Positions 18,767 to 27,605 of a stretch of DNA of 64,000 nt are shown piece by piece (positions within the stretch are counted from its first letter, which is position 1; every line of letters starts with the position of its first letter). Under the pieces are notes generated by a model. The model did no database searches. It was given only the letters and a program-made list of their open reading frames with translations, and had not been told where the DNA came from. This DNA is from Alphaproteobacteria bacterium (GTDB taxonomy: Bacteria; Pseudomonadota; Alphaproteobacteria; Acetobacterales; Acetobacteraceae): contig JAPLOH010000053.1 in assembly GCA_026400845.1 (NCBI GenBank), positions 40,411 to 104,410 of the forward strand, written 5' to 3'. The position numbers and the translations under genes were made by a program.

Positions 18767-19414
18767 ATGGAAAACACAGCCCCTACCGATTTCACCCGCC
18801 TGCGGCGCATGCACGAGCGCGGGCAATATGACCGCGAGTCGCTCCATGCGATCCTCGATGCGGCCAGCCACTGCCACGTCGGCCACATCATCGCTGGCCG
18901 ACCCGTGGTAATCCCGACGCTGCATTGGCGCGATGGCGATGAGGTGTTCTGGCACGGCAGTTCCGCCAGCCGCATGGTGCGGGCCAATGGCGCCGGCGGC
19001 GAGGTCTGTCTCACCGCCACCATCATGGACGGCTATGTGCTCGCCCGCTCCGGCTACAACCACTCGATCAACTACCGCTCGGTGATGCGCTTCGGCACCC
19101 CTCGGCTGATCACTGACCCGGAAGAGAAACTGTCGGTGTTGAAAACCTTCGTCGAGCGGCTGTTCCCCGGCCGCTGGAACGCGCTGCGCCCGCCCAACGA
19201 CTACGAGATGAAGGCAACCTCGATCCTCGCCATGAAACTGACCGAGGCTTCCGCCAAAGTGCGGAGCGCGCCGCCGGGCGACAATCCCGAAGATACCTCG
19301 TGGCCGGTCTGGGCGGGTGTCCTCCCGCTCTTCACCGTGGCCGGCGCCCCGCAGCCGGACCAGTTCGTCACCGCAGGATTGCTCCCGCCGCCTACGCCAC
19401 TGATCGAGGTCTGA
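18767..19414 (+). CDS. pyridoxamine 5'-phosphate oxidase family (FMN-binding split-barrel) protein
   Basis: 215 aa. The pattern RMHERGQYDRESLHAILDAASHCHVG ... PTLHWRDGDEVFWHGS resembles the flavin-nucleotide-binding PNPOx-like family. Confidence 0.65.
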   Translation: MENTAPTDFTRLRRMHERGQYDRESLHAILDAASHCHVGHIIAGRPVVIPTLHWRDGDEVFWHGSSASRMVRANGAGGEVCLTATIMDGYVLARSGYNHSINYRSVMRFGTPRLITDPEEKLSVLKTFVERLFPGRWNALRPPNDYEMKATSILAMKLTEASAKVRSAPPGDNPEDTSWPVWAGVLPLFTVAGAPQPDQFVTAGLLPPPTPLIEV

Positions 19415-19476
19415 CCGCACTCCCCTGCTGCACCGCGGCATGGTAAGGAGCGACCGGAGAGACCGGAGGCCAGCCT

Positions 19477-20433
19477 ATGCGCAACTTCAGCGATCTGAGT
19501 GAGAGGGAAGTTCTCGCCTTGGCGATCGGCGCCGAGGAGGAGGATGGGCGCATCTACCTCGATTTCGCCGAGGGGCTGCGGGGCGACTACGCGGCGTCGG
19601 CGCAGGTCTTCATCGACATGGCGGCCGAGGAAAACGAGCACCGGCGCTGGCTGATCGACCTCTATCGCGAGAAGTTCGGCGAGCACATCCCGCTCATCCG
19701 CCGGCAGGATGTGCGGGGTTTCGTGGCCCGCAAGCCGGTGTGGCAGACCCAGCCGCTGCGGCTCGATGTGGTGCGCGGCCAAGCCGAGCAGATGGAGTTC
19801 GAGGCCGCCCGGTTCTATCGGCAGGCCGCCGCGCGCAGCCAGGATGCCTCGATCCGCAAACTACTGGGCGATCTGGCCGAGGCTGAGGCGCAGCACGAGC
19901 ACACCGCCGAGCGGTTGATGGAACAGAACCTTCCAACCGATGTACGTGCCGCCGAGGACGAGGCGGCGCGGCGGATGTTCGTGCTGCGGGTGATCCAGCC
20001 GGGGTTGGCCGGGTTGATGGACGGTTCGGTTTCCACCCTCGCCCCGGTATTCGCCGCCGCCTTCGCCACCCAAAGCTCGTGGGACGCCTTCCTGGTCGGC
20101 ATGGCCGCCTCGATCGGGGCCGGCATCTCGATGGGTTTCGCCGAGGCACTGTCGGACAACGGCAGCCTCACCGGGCGTGGCGCGCCATGGATCCGCGGGC
20201 TGATCTGCGGGCTGATGACCACGCTCGGCGGCATCGGCCACACCCTGCCATTCCTGATCCCGGGCTTCCTCACGGCCACCATTGTCGCCGCAGCGGTGGT
20301 CATCGTCGAACTCGGCATCATCACCTGGATACGATGGAAATTCATGGATACCTCGCCGCTGTCGGCCGCCATGCAGGTTGGCTTCGGTGGCGCCCTCGTC
20401 TTCGCGACGGGCATCCTGATCGGCAGCAGTTGA
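19477..20433 (+). CDS. mbfA: membrane-bound ferritin-like iron exporter (rubrerythrin/ferritin-like domain fused to a VIT1/CCC1 domain)
   Basis: The N-terminal domain has ExxH ferritin-like motifs (AAEENEHRRW, AEAEAQHEH). The C-terminal domain is a hydrophobic VIT1-like domain (GLMDGSVSTLAPVFA...). Confidence 0.75.
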   Translation: MRNFSDLSEREVLALAIGAEEEDGRIYLDFAEGLRGDYAASAQVFIDMAAEENEHRRWLIDLYREKFGEHIPLIRRQDVRGFVARKPVWQTQPLRLDVVRGQAEQMEFEAARFYRQAAARSQDASIRKLLGDLAEAEAQHEHTAERLMEQNLPTDVRAAEDEAARRMFVLRVIQPGLAGLMDGSVSTLAPVFAAAFATQSSWDAFLVGMAASIGAGISMGFAEALSDNGSLTGRGAPWIRGLICGLMTTLGGIGHTLPFLIPGFLTATIVAAAVVIVELGIITWIRWKFMDTSPLSAAMQVGFGGALVFATGILIGSS

Positions 20434-20506
20434 TCAAGCCGTCCATGGCGCTTTGATTGCCAGCGTCCATGCAATAGCCTGGGATCCCGAACGCGATGCA
20501 GGACGA

Positions 20507-21025
20507 ATGACCGACACGTTCCGATATTCCCGAACGATGATTGCGCTGCATTGGATATCCGCGGGGCTCATAGCGGCGTCCTGGCTCACCGCGCAGGTTA
20601 TCGATGTGTTTCCGCGCGCCCATCGCGGGCCGATCACCTCGATCCACATGTTCCTCGGTGTCGCAACCGGAGCCGCGATCCTCGCCCGGCTCGCCCTGCG
20701 TGCCGCGGGAACGCCGCGGCCCGCGCCGGACGAGGGGATCGTCGACTGGGTAGCCCGCGCGGTGCACATGATCCTTTATGCCCTTGTCATCGCCGCCGCG
20801 CTGCTCGGTGTCGCCAATGCCTGGGCACGCGGCGCCAGCGTGTTCGGCGTGTTCACCTTCACCTCTTTCACGACCGACCGTGACCTTCGTCATCTGATCG
20901 GCGGGTTGCACGAAACCGCCACCGACGCGATTGTCATCCTCGCTGCCGGTCATGCGATGATCGCGCTGGCGCACTACGTCCTCCTGGGCGACAGCGTTCT
21001 GCGCCGCATGCTGCCGAGGGCCTAG
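20507..21025 (+). CDS. cytochrome b561 family protein
   Basis: Track ORF 20453..21025. The likely start is MTDTFRYSRTMIALHWISAG. Four TM spans with conserved His residues (LHW, HMFLG, HMILY, GHAMIALAH). Confidence 0.75.
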   Translation: MTDTFRYSRTMIALHWISAGLIAASWLTAQVIDVFPRAHRGPITSIHMFLGVATGAAILARLALRAAGTPRPAPDEGIVDWVARAVHMILYALVIAAALLGVANAWARGASVFGVFTFTSFTTDRDLRHLIGGLHETATDAIVILAAGHAMIALAHYVLLGDSVLRRMLPRA

Positions 21026-21097
21026 GCGCTGGACTCGATTTTTCACGGCGATCTCTCGACCCGGCGCGGCCGATCGCTGGCCTGGATCGACAGCCTG

Positions 21098-21700
21098 TTG
21101 GTCGACCATGCCGTCTTGCGGCTGATCTGGCGCAACTGGGGCGTGGTGGTGCCCGGCATTCTCTACCGCAGCGGCCACCCCACGCCTGGACAGCTTGCCC
21201 GGGCGCGTCGGATGGTTGGGCTGCGCAGCGTGATCAACCTGCGCGGCGCCACGCGCAGCGGGTCGGACGCGCTGTCCCGTGCGCAGGCTACCCGCCTCGG
21301 TCTCACCATTCACGACGTCGCCTTGTCGAGCGGGCGGGCGCCGGAACGCGAGACGCTGTCTCGTCTCGCGGAGGCACTCGAAGCCGCGGAGAAGCCAGCG
21401 CTGCTGCACTGCAAGTCCGGTGCTGACCGGGCGGGCTTTGCTGCGGCCGTGTTCATCCTGCTGCAAGGCGGTCGTGCCGCCGACGCCTTGGCGCAGATGA
21501 GCCTGCGGCATGGCCATCTCCGCCGTTCCCGCGCCGGGGTGCTGGATGCGGTGCTGCTGCGCTATCAGGCGGTCGCCGAGGGCCGGATGACGTTCCTCGA
21601 CTGGGTGAAAACCGGGTATGATCCGGCGGCGATCACCGCCGGCTTTCACGCCGGGGGGTTGTCGGGGTTCGTGCACGACCAGGTGCTGCGGCGGGAATAG
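21098..21700 (+). CDS. protein tyrosine/dual-specificity phosphatase family protein
   Basis: CX5R active-site loop HCKSGADRAG. The start (TTG in the track) is uncertain. Confidence 0.65.
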   Translation: MVDHAVLRLIWRNWGVVVPGILYRSGHPTPGQLARARRMVGLRSVINLRGATRSGSDALSRAQATRLGLTIHDVALSSGRAPERETLSRLAEALEAAEKPALLHCKSGADRAGFAAAVFILLQGGRAADALAQMSLRHGHLRRSRAGVLDAVLLRYQAVAEGRMTFLDWVKTGYDPAAITAGFHAGGLSGFVHDQVLRRE

Positions 21701-21710
21701 GAGCGAGGCG

Positions 21711-22598
21711 ATGAATGCGACCGATGTAATCGAGGCTTTTGCCATTCCCTCGTGGAACGGCCCGGTCTCCGAGGAGGACCGCGCCCGCGCCCTCGCCGCG
21801 CTGGAGGATGGCCGCGTGGTGATGATCCCCGGGCTCGAATTCCGCCTCCACGAGGCCGAATACCCGCTCCTCGACGGCGGCGCGCTCGACAATTCGCGCA
21901 AGAACGTCAGCTATGACCCGCGCACCGGAAAATGTGGCGGCTCTGGCCATTCCGGCCCGGAACTCGAACGCCTGACCGTGATGATGGACCGCTATGCCTC
22001 AACGGCGGACCATTTGGTCCGCATGCTGTTCCCCTCCTACGCCCCGCACCTCGAAGTGGCGCGGACGAGCTTCCGCCCGGCCGAGATCAGTGGCCGCGTC
22101 TATTCGCCGCGCCATGACGACCGGCGGTTGCATGTCGACGCCTTCCCGACCCGCCCCACCGCAGGCCGTCGCATATTGCGTGTGTTCAACAACGCCGCCC
22201 CCGACGGCACGCTGCGGCGCTGGCGGGTCGGCGAGCCTTTCGCCGATTTCGCTGCCGCCTTTCTGCCGCGGGTGCGAGGGATGTTTCCCGGCCAGTCGCT
22301 CGCGATGTCCCTGCTCGGTCTGACCAAGGGAAGGCGCACCCGCTACGACCAGTACATGCTCGGCCTGCACGATGCCGGCAAGCTCGACGCGGGTTACCAG
22401 AAAACCGCCCCACAGGCCGACGTCGTCTTTCCCGCCGGCACCACCTGGATGTGCTACACCGACCAGGTGTTGCACGCCGCCCTCGCTGGGCGTTGCGCGT
22501 TCGAGCAGACGTTTCACCTTCCGGTGGCGGCGATGGCCACTCCGGAAAAATCGCCGATCAAGGTCCTCGAACGTCTTTCTGGCCGTCGGTTGGCGTAG
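21711..22598 (+). CDS. kdoO: Kdo hydroxylase-like Fe(II)/2-oxoglutarate dioxygenase (KdoO family)
   Basis: Track ORF 21618..22598. The likely start is ATG 21711 (MNATDVIEAF). RTSFRPAEISGR...DDRRLHVDAFP...RILRVFNN...YTDQVLHAA...EQTFHLP matches my recollection of the KdoO (Kdo_hydroxy) pattern. Confidence 0.7.
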   Translation: MNATDVIEAFAIPSWNGPVSEEDRARALAALEDGRVVMIPGLEFRLHEAEYPLLDGGALDNSRKNVSYDPRTGKCGGSGHSGPELERLTVMMDRYASTADHLVRMLFPSYAPHLEVARTSFRPAEISGRVYSPRHDDRRLHVDAFPTRPTAGRRILRVFNNAAPDGTLRRWRVGEPFADFAAAFLPRVRGMFPGQSLAMSLLGLTKGRRTRYDQYMLGLHDAGKLDAGYQKTAPQADVVFPAGTTWMCYTDQVLHAALAGRCAFEQTFHLPVAAMATPEKSPIKVLERLSGRRLA

Positions 22599-22632
22599 GC
22601 GGGATTGTTTATGTGGTGGTAGGCAAAGTGAA

Positions 22633-22759
22633 GGAAGCGCTTCTTTTTGAAAAAAGAAGCAAAAACTTTTTATCCGCTCGCTCCGCGCTCGCCGTGATAA
22701 GCGTAGCGCTAAACCGATAAAAGTTTTTTGGTTCTTTTTTTCAAAAAAGAACCGCTTCC
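22633..22759. repeat. full copy C of the nested-palindrome AT-rich repeat element (~127 bp)
   Basis: Left arm ggaagcgcttctttttgaaaaaagaagcaaaaactttt, a centre, and right arm aaaagttttttggttctttttttcaaaaaagaaccgcttcc. The arms are inverted repeats and each holds its own hairpin. Confidence 0.9.
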
Positions 22760-25700
22760 TACTGCTACCGCCACCGGATAACTGACCATACCAAGCACCA
22801 GGTCGATCTCCAACCGCGCCGCCCGCGTTTGGGCCGGCAGAGTGAGCACCGCACGGCCGTTGGTCCAGCGCATCATCCCTTCACAAGCGTGCAGCCCCGC
22901 TGCGCCATCGAGCGGCAGTGTCGTGCCGGCGAAGCGGACCGCAGCGATGGCGACGCCGAGGCGGCGGCGATCGTCGCGACCAGGGTCGATCTCGTGCGGC
23001 ACCGCGGCACGCGAGGTGAGCACGACCTCGGTTGTGCCGGGGGGAACCAGGGCGACCACGCGATCCCCGCTGGCATCCTGGCGCGTGAGGGCCTGCCCGC
23101 CAGCATGGAGTTCCACCGCCGGATCGTCCTCGCGCCGGTAACCGAGGGCGGCGGCTCGCACGGCCAGCCCTGCCCGGGCGGCGGTGAGCGCGGCGCCACC
23201 GAGGGTCAGCGGCAGGCAGGCGCGCTCGTCCCAGCCGCGTGCCGAGAGGCCCGCGAGCAGATCGGGGTGCAGGGGGCGCTCGCCCGGTCCGCTGGCGAAC
23301 AAGCCACGATTGCCGGTATCGAGATAGCTCTCCGCTGGTAGCCCCTCGGCCAGCAGCAGGTCATGCGTATCAAGCTCGACATGCCAGTAGGTGATGCCGC
23401 CCTCGGTTGGTTCGCGTCGCACGGTCATGCCGTTGGCGAGGAGATAGGCCGGCACCAGCGATGCTCCAGTCCACACCGCATGGTCGGGCGAGACGACGAG
23501 GTCGCGATGCGGCAACCCGGGCCCGAAAGCGTCGGCGGCGATCCGCACCGGTGCCACCTTCGCGGGGTCGGCGTGGCGGTCGAGATCGATCCGCGTGCTC
23601 CCGGTCCAGACGATGCGCCGCAGCCGGCCGCCGTTGGCCACCGGCACCAGGTCACCGACACGCAGCGCCTCGACGCGACGCTCGCCGGCGATGGTGAGGA
23701 TGCGTGTGCCCTGGGCAAAACACGGCGCGGCGTCGTTGGAGAAGACGACGATGCCGGTGCCGGCACCGTCCGTCGACGCAGCGAAGCCCCCCGGGTGAAA
23801 GCCGGTGACGAAGAACTGCACCGCGCCGGAATTGGTGGTGAGGTTGACCGTCCCGCCGGTCGTGGGGTCGGTGTTGGCCGTGTAGCTGATCGGGTTGCCG
23901 CCGGGAAAGCCCGCGTTAAGGAAGTCGATCCGGTTGTTCGACGGGCCGAGGCCGTAGAAATCGCTGACCGTGCCATGGAAAGTGATTGGACTGGTGACCC
24001 GGATGAACTCCGGGGCAGTTGGCGTGATGCCGAGATTGCCGGTGCCGAAGTCGAACCGTGCCGAGATCGGCAGCCCGTTGTCGAGTTGCAGCACCGACGA
24101 TGGCGAAAGTTTGAACATGCCGCTGCCCGCCAGCACGGCATTGATTTCCAACGTCGCTCCGCCTTGGCTCAGCGTGCCATTGCTGGTCAGCCCGCCGGCA
24201 AGAACGGTGCCGTCGTTGCGCAGCGTGCTGTCGATGCTGTTGACGATGATCATCCCGGCGCCCTGCACCATCGCACCGCTGGCGACGACGAATTCACCGA
24301 AGACCGGCATGGTGTTGCCGATGGTGAGCTGGCTGGCGCTGAGGTTGATGGTCGAACCCTGCCAGATGTCGAGCGTGCCCGCCGTTGCGGTGAGTGCGCC
24401 GCCGCCATTGATGGAAAGCACCCCGCTCGAGGCACCCTTGAGCAGGAATGGAGTGGTTGCGATGGTGCCGTTGTTGAGCGCGAGCAGGCCACCGAGGTAG
24501 ATGCCGCCGGTCACCTGGGCAAAGGCGCCGCTGCTGATGTTGAGGGTACCTTGGGAATCACGGCCGATAACGAGATCGCCGTCGTCGATCAGGCTGCCGC
24601 CGGACTGGATGTTGACCACGCCGGAGGTAGCGCCCACCGTGCCGCTGCGATTGCCGATCGACAGGCCATAGCCGATATCGGTGATGCCGGCCGCCGCGCC
24701 GACCAACACCGTGCCACCATTGCCGACCGAAAGCGTACCGTTGCTGCGTTGCCCGACGATCAGCGGGCCGCCGCCGGTGTCGAGCAGCGCGCCGCGGCCC
24801 TGGACGAAGACCGCGCCGGCCGCCGCCGTGTTGGCAGTGCTGCCGCCGCCGATGATCATCTTGGCGGTGTTGAACAATTCGCCGGTGCCGAGCTGTACGA
24901 CGCTGGAATTGACGCTGAGCGTGCCGGTGCCGCCGGCGCCAACGGTGAGCCATGGCAGGTTGCTCGACCACAGCGTCGCCGAGCCGGTGATGGTGTTGCC
25001 GACCACGATCGAGCCGACTGGCGTTCCCCCCCCTTGGCCGATGTTCCAATGGGCGTTGTTGTCGAGCGATACCGTGCCGCTCGAGCCGAAGGAGGCGCCG
25101 ATCATGGCGAAGGAGGCATCGTTCAGCGTCGCCCCGCTTTGGACCGACACCGACCCGGCGCCGCCGGAGACGAAGCCGATCGTCCCCAGGGCGTTGACCG
25201 ACAAATTGCCGCCGCCGACCAGCATGCCGCCGGACAGCGGCGTTGAGGCATCCCCGCCGGCATCGGTGTAGACCGTGTGCGCCCCGGCGATATAGAGGCT
25301 GGAGGCCGAACTGTTCGCGCCGGTTTGGAAAGCGCCGCCGATCTGGGTGTAGGTCGCGGTCACGCTGGCGCTCAACGTGCCGTAGACCGTCGATGTCTGG
25401 GTCTGCGAGACAATGTCGTTGGACACGTTGAAACCTGCGCTCGCATTGGTCCCGATGCTGATGTTGCCAGCCGATGCGATGGTTCCGGCGGTGTTCTGCG
25501 CGTAACCCTCGAGCCCGAGCCCGAGCTGCCCGCCGCCCAGCGCGAATGGGAGGGCACCGCCGATAGCCAACTGGCCGCCTGGCTCGAGAGTGAGCTGGGC
25601 ATCGGTGGAAAGGTACAAGCGAGTAGTCGTCAGCGTTCCACCGGCGGCGATGTCGATCTTGCCGTCTACGGCGGCGAAGGCGCCGCCGGTACCTTGTCCG

Positions 25701-27190
25701 GTCAGGTCACTCACCATCAGCGGCGCGGAGAGCGTAAGTGCCGCGAACGGGTCGGCGAGCGAGACCGAACCCGCGGTTTGCGGGCTCGTGACGGAGAGAA
25801 CGTAGTTGGTGAACACGCCATTGTTCGCCGCGGCGGCCTCGGCGGCGGACAGCGAGATTTGTGCCGTCTGGTACTGTCCGGGGATGCCCCCGGCGCCGCT
25901 GCCGTGGGTCCAGTTGGCGGCCGACCAGTCGGTGGTCGCGCCATTGGTGACGCCGCCCCAGCTCGCCAGGGTGCCGGTCACCGCAACGGTGGTGCCGGCG
26001 TTGACGACGTTCTGGCTGTTGCCGAGGGTGATCAGGGTGTCGCTGCCAGCGCTGACGAGCTTGAAGTTGCCGCTCGCCGCACCGTCGATCGTGCCGGTAC
26101 CCGGCACCAGGCTGGCGGCTTGGAATCGGATGCGGGCGACCTCGCTGGTGCCGCGGTTGATCGTCAGCACGTCGTTCCCGTAATTGGCATCGGCGCCGTA
26201 GCTATAGGTCAGGCCAACCGGATTGACGCCGACGAGCTGGATGGTGTCGCCAGGCTGGAAACCGGTGGAGCGCGCGAAGAAGTTCTGCAGCACCGTGGTG
26301 GTGAGCGTGGTGCCGGCGTTCACGACGTTGAAGTTGGACGGCAGTACGAAATTGGACTCGAGCTTCAGCAAACCATTGCTGTCACTGAAATTGATGAGCT
26401 GGGCGCCCGGCATATTGGTTTTGACGTCCAGCGTCGCGCCATGGGTTTCGCCGAGCAGGCTTATGAGGCCGGATTCAGAGTTCATCCGCGCATTGAGCTG
26501 ATCGACCGCCGCGCCTTGGGCGCCTTCGAGCAGCATGAACGCGCCGTTGGAGAACCGCGTGCTCGTGTTGCTGTCGCCGTTGATAGTGACTGTACCGCCG
26601 AAATTAAGGATGGCGCCTTCCGAACCGAAATACCCGGCGATGGTGCCAAGCTGGCTGACGTTGATTGTCAGGTTGCCGCCGGGTTGCACCCAGAATTGCG
26701 CGTCGCTGTTAACGACTCCGGTTGCATTGACCACCAGGGTCTCGGCCGTGCCAGCTTGGCGAATGGCGAAGTCGCCGCTGTTTTGCACCAGTTGCAGCGT
26801 GCTGAGGGCGCTGCCGGTGAGGTTCAGCACGGCATTGTCGCCCAGCGTGAAGGACGAAGAATCGATATAGCTGTCGGTGATATTGAAGACGAAGCCCTGG
26901 CCTACCGCGGCGCCATCGCCGGCCGTCACCAGGCTCGACACCATGGTGACGTTGTTGAAGGTGACGGTGTCGAAGGCTCCAGCTACCTGCAACGTATTGC
27001 TGCTGATTGTCTGTGCGGTGCCGGGCTGGCCGATGAGGTCCATCGCCACCGAGCTGCCAAGAGAGCCGGCGCCGATGATGATGGTGTCGAAGGGCTGCGG
27101 CATGATCCCACCGACCCAGTTCAACGGATCGGTGGCGTCGTTGATGTCGGTATGCAGGCTCGACTTGCCGATCCAGGTCACCGTCGCCAT
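22709..27190 (-). CDS. large beta-helix-repeat protein with a C-terminal Hint (Hedgehog/intein-like) domain
   Basis: Track ORF 22709..27214. The likely start is ATG 27190 (MATVTWIGKSS), preceded by aaggaa. About 1150 aa of Gly/Thr/Ser/Asn-rich autotransporter-passenger-like repeats. The Hint module starts at CFAQGTRILT (Cys codon 23720-23722) and includes SPDHAVW and THDLLLAEG. A further 197 aa of unknown sequence follow. Confidence 0.85.
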   Translation of the reverse strand: MATVTWIGKSSLHTDINDATDPLNWVGGIMPQPFDTIIIGAGSLGSSVAMDLIGQPGTAQTISSNTLQVAGAFDTVTFNNVTMVSSLVTAGDGAAVGQGFVFNITDSYIDSSSFTLGDNAVLNLTGSALSTLQLVQNSGDFAIRQAGTAETLVVNATGVVNSDAQFWVQPGGNLTINVSQLGTIAGYFGSEGAILNFGGTVTINGDSNTSTRFSNGAFMLLEGAQGAAVDQLNARMNSESGLISLLGETHGATLDVKTNMPGAQLINFSDSNGLLKLESNFVLPSNFNVVNAGTTLTTTVLQNFFARSTGFQPGDTIQLVGVNPVGLTYSYGADANYGNDVLTINRGTSEVARIRFQAASLVPGTGTIDGAASGNFKLVSAGSDTLITLGNSQNVVNAGTTVAVTGTLASWGGVTNGATTDWSAANWTHGSGAGGIPGQYQTAQISLSAAEAAAANNGVFTNYVLSVTSPQTAGSVSLADPFAALTLSAPLMVSDLTGQGTGGAFAAVDGKIDIAAGGTLTTTRLYLSTDAQLTLEPGGQLAIGGALPFALGGGQLGLGLEGYAQNTAGTIASAGNISIGTNASAGFNVSNDIVSQTQTSTVYGTLSASVTATYTQIGGAFQTGANSSASSLYIAGAHTVYTDAGGDASTPLSGGMLVGGGNLSVNALGTIGFVSGGAGSVSVQSGATLNDASFAMIGASFGSSGTVSLDNNAHWNIGQGGGTPVGSIVVGNTITGSATLWSSNLPWLTVGAGGTGTLSVNSSVVQLGTGELFNTAKMIIGGGSTANTAAAGAVFVQGRGALLDTGGGPLIVGQRSNGTLSVGNGGTVLVGAAAGITDIGYGLSIGNRSGTVGATSGVVNIQSGGSLIDDGDLVIGRDSQGTLNISSGAFAQVTGGIYLGGLLALNNGTIATTPFLLKGASSGVLSINGGGALTATAGTLDIWQGSTINLSASQLTIGNTMPVFGEFVVASGAMVQGAGMIIVNSIDSTLRNDGTVLAGGLTSNGTLSQGGATLEINAVLAGSGMFKLSPSSVLQLDNGLPISARFDFGTGNLGITPTAPEFIRVTSPITFHGTVSDFYGLGPSNNRIDFLNAGFPGGNPISYTANTDPTTGGTVNLTTNSGAVQFFVTGFHPGGFAASTDGAGTGIVVFSNDAAPCFAQGTRILTIAGERRVEALRVGDLVPVANGGRLRRIVWTGSTRIDLDRHADPAKVAPVRIAADAFGPGLPHRDLVVSPDHAVWTGASLVPAYLLANGMTVRREPTEGGITYWHVELDTHDLLLAEGLPAESYLDTGNRGLFASGPGERPLHPDLLAGLSARGWDERACLPLTLGGAALTAARAGLAVRAAALGYRREDDPAVELHAGGQALTRQDASGDRVVALVPPGTTEVVLTSRAAVPHEIDPGRDDRRRLGVAIAAVRFAGTTLPLDGAAGLHACEGMMRWTNGRAVLTLPAQTRAARLEIDLVLGMVSYPVAVAVGSGSFLKKRTKKLLSV

Positions 27191-27283
27191 GGTCGTTTCC
27201 TTCATGCACTTCACACGAAGTTTACCGGGCGGTTAGTCTACGTCAAGGAATTGTAAGGATGGGCTAATAATTCCCGTGCCGGC

Positions 27284-27538
27284 TCAGGTCTCGGTCGGCG
27301 GATCGTCGAGGAACCACACTTCGATCGGGCCTTTCTGCCGCATCAGTAGCGGAAAACCGCGGCGATCCACCGTCTTGCCGACCGGCAGAGCCACCCAGCC
27401 TTCGCTCACGCAGTATTCGCCGACATTGGTGCGCTCGATCCCCTTGAAGCGCACGCCGATACCGCGGGCAAGCAGATCGGGTTTGTAGAAAGGGCTCCGT
27501 GGGTCACTGGAGAGGCGGTCGGGGGGCGTTTCGGCCAT
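27284..27538 (-). CDS. DUF3297-like small conserved protein
   Basis: 84 aa. PPDRLSSDPRSPFY...GIGVRFKGIERTNVGEYCVSEGWV resembles the DUF3297 family, from memory. Confidence 0.6.
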   Translation of the reverse strand: MAETPPDRLSSDPRSPFYKPDLLARGIGVRFKGIERTNVGEYCVSEGWVALPVGKTVDRRGFPLLMRQKGPIEVWFLDDPPTET

Positions 27539-27605
27539 GGTCTTACCTTGTCATGCAGGACGGCAGGAACGGGGCCGGGAGCGTGGTCCCGGCCCCGCAG
27601 CGGGA

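Noticed and set aside
19415-19476. Iron-control element (Irr/ICE box) upstream of mbfA
   Set aside because: The 62-bp upstream region contains no TTTAGAA-N3-TTCTAAA-like palindrome. No claim is made about iron regulation from sequence.
23363-27256. Two long plus-strand ORFs (627 aa and 659 aa) opposite the Hint-protein gene
   Set aside because: They are antisense shadows of the 1493-aa repeat protein. Their composition (Arg/Ala/Gly/Asp runs) and lack of any motif point to GC-driven open frames. The same reasoning rejects 8949..10706 (antisense to rho), 15757..17598, 20342..21901, 31167..33302, 33184..34899, 35771..36925, 36965..38041, 38168..39130, 40327..42090, 45438..46883, 50823..52682, 52472..53866, 53722..55236, 55349..56833, 56476..58038, 57689..59152 and 59034..60278.
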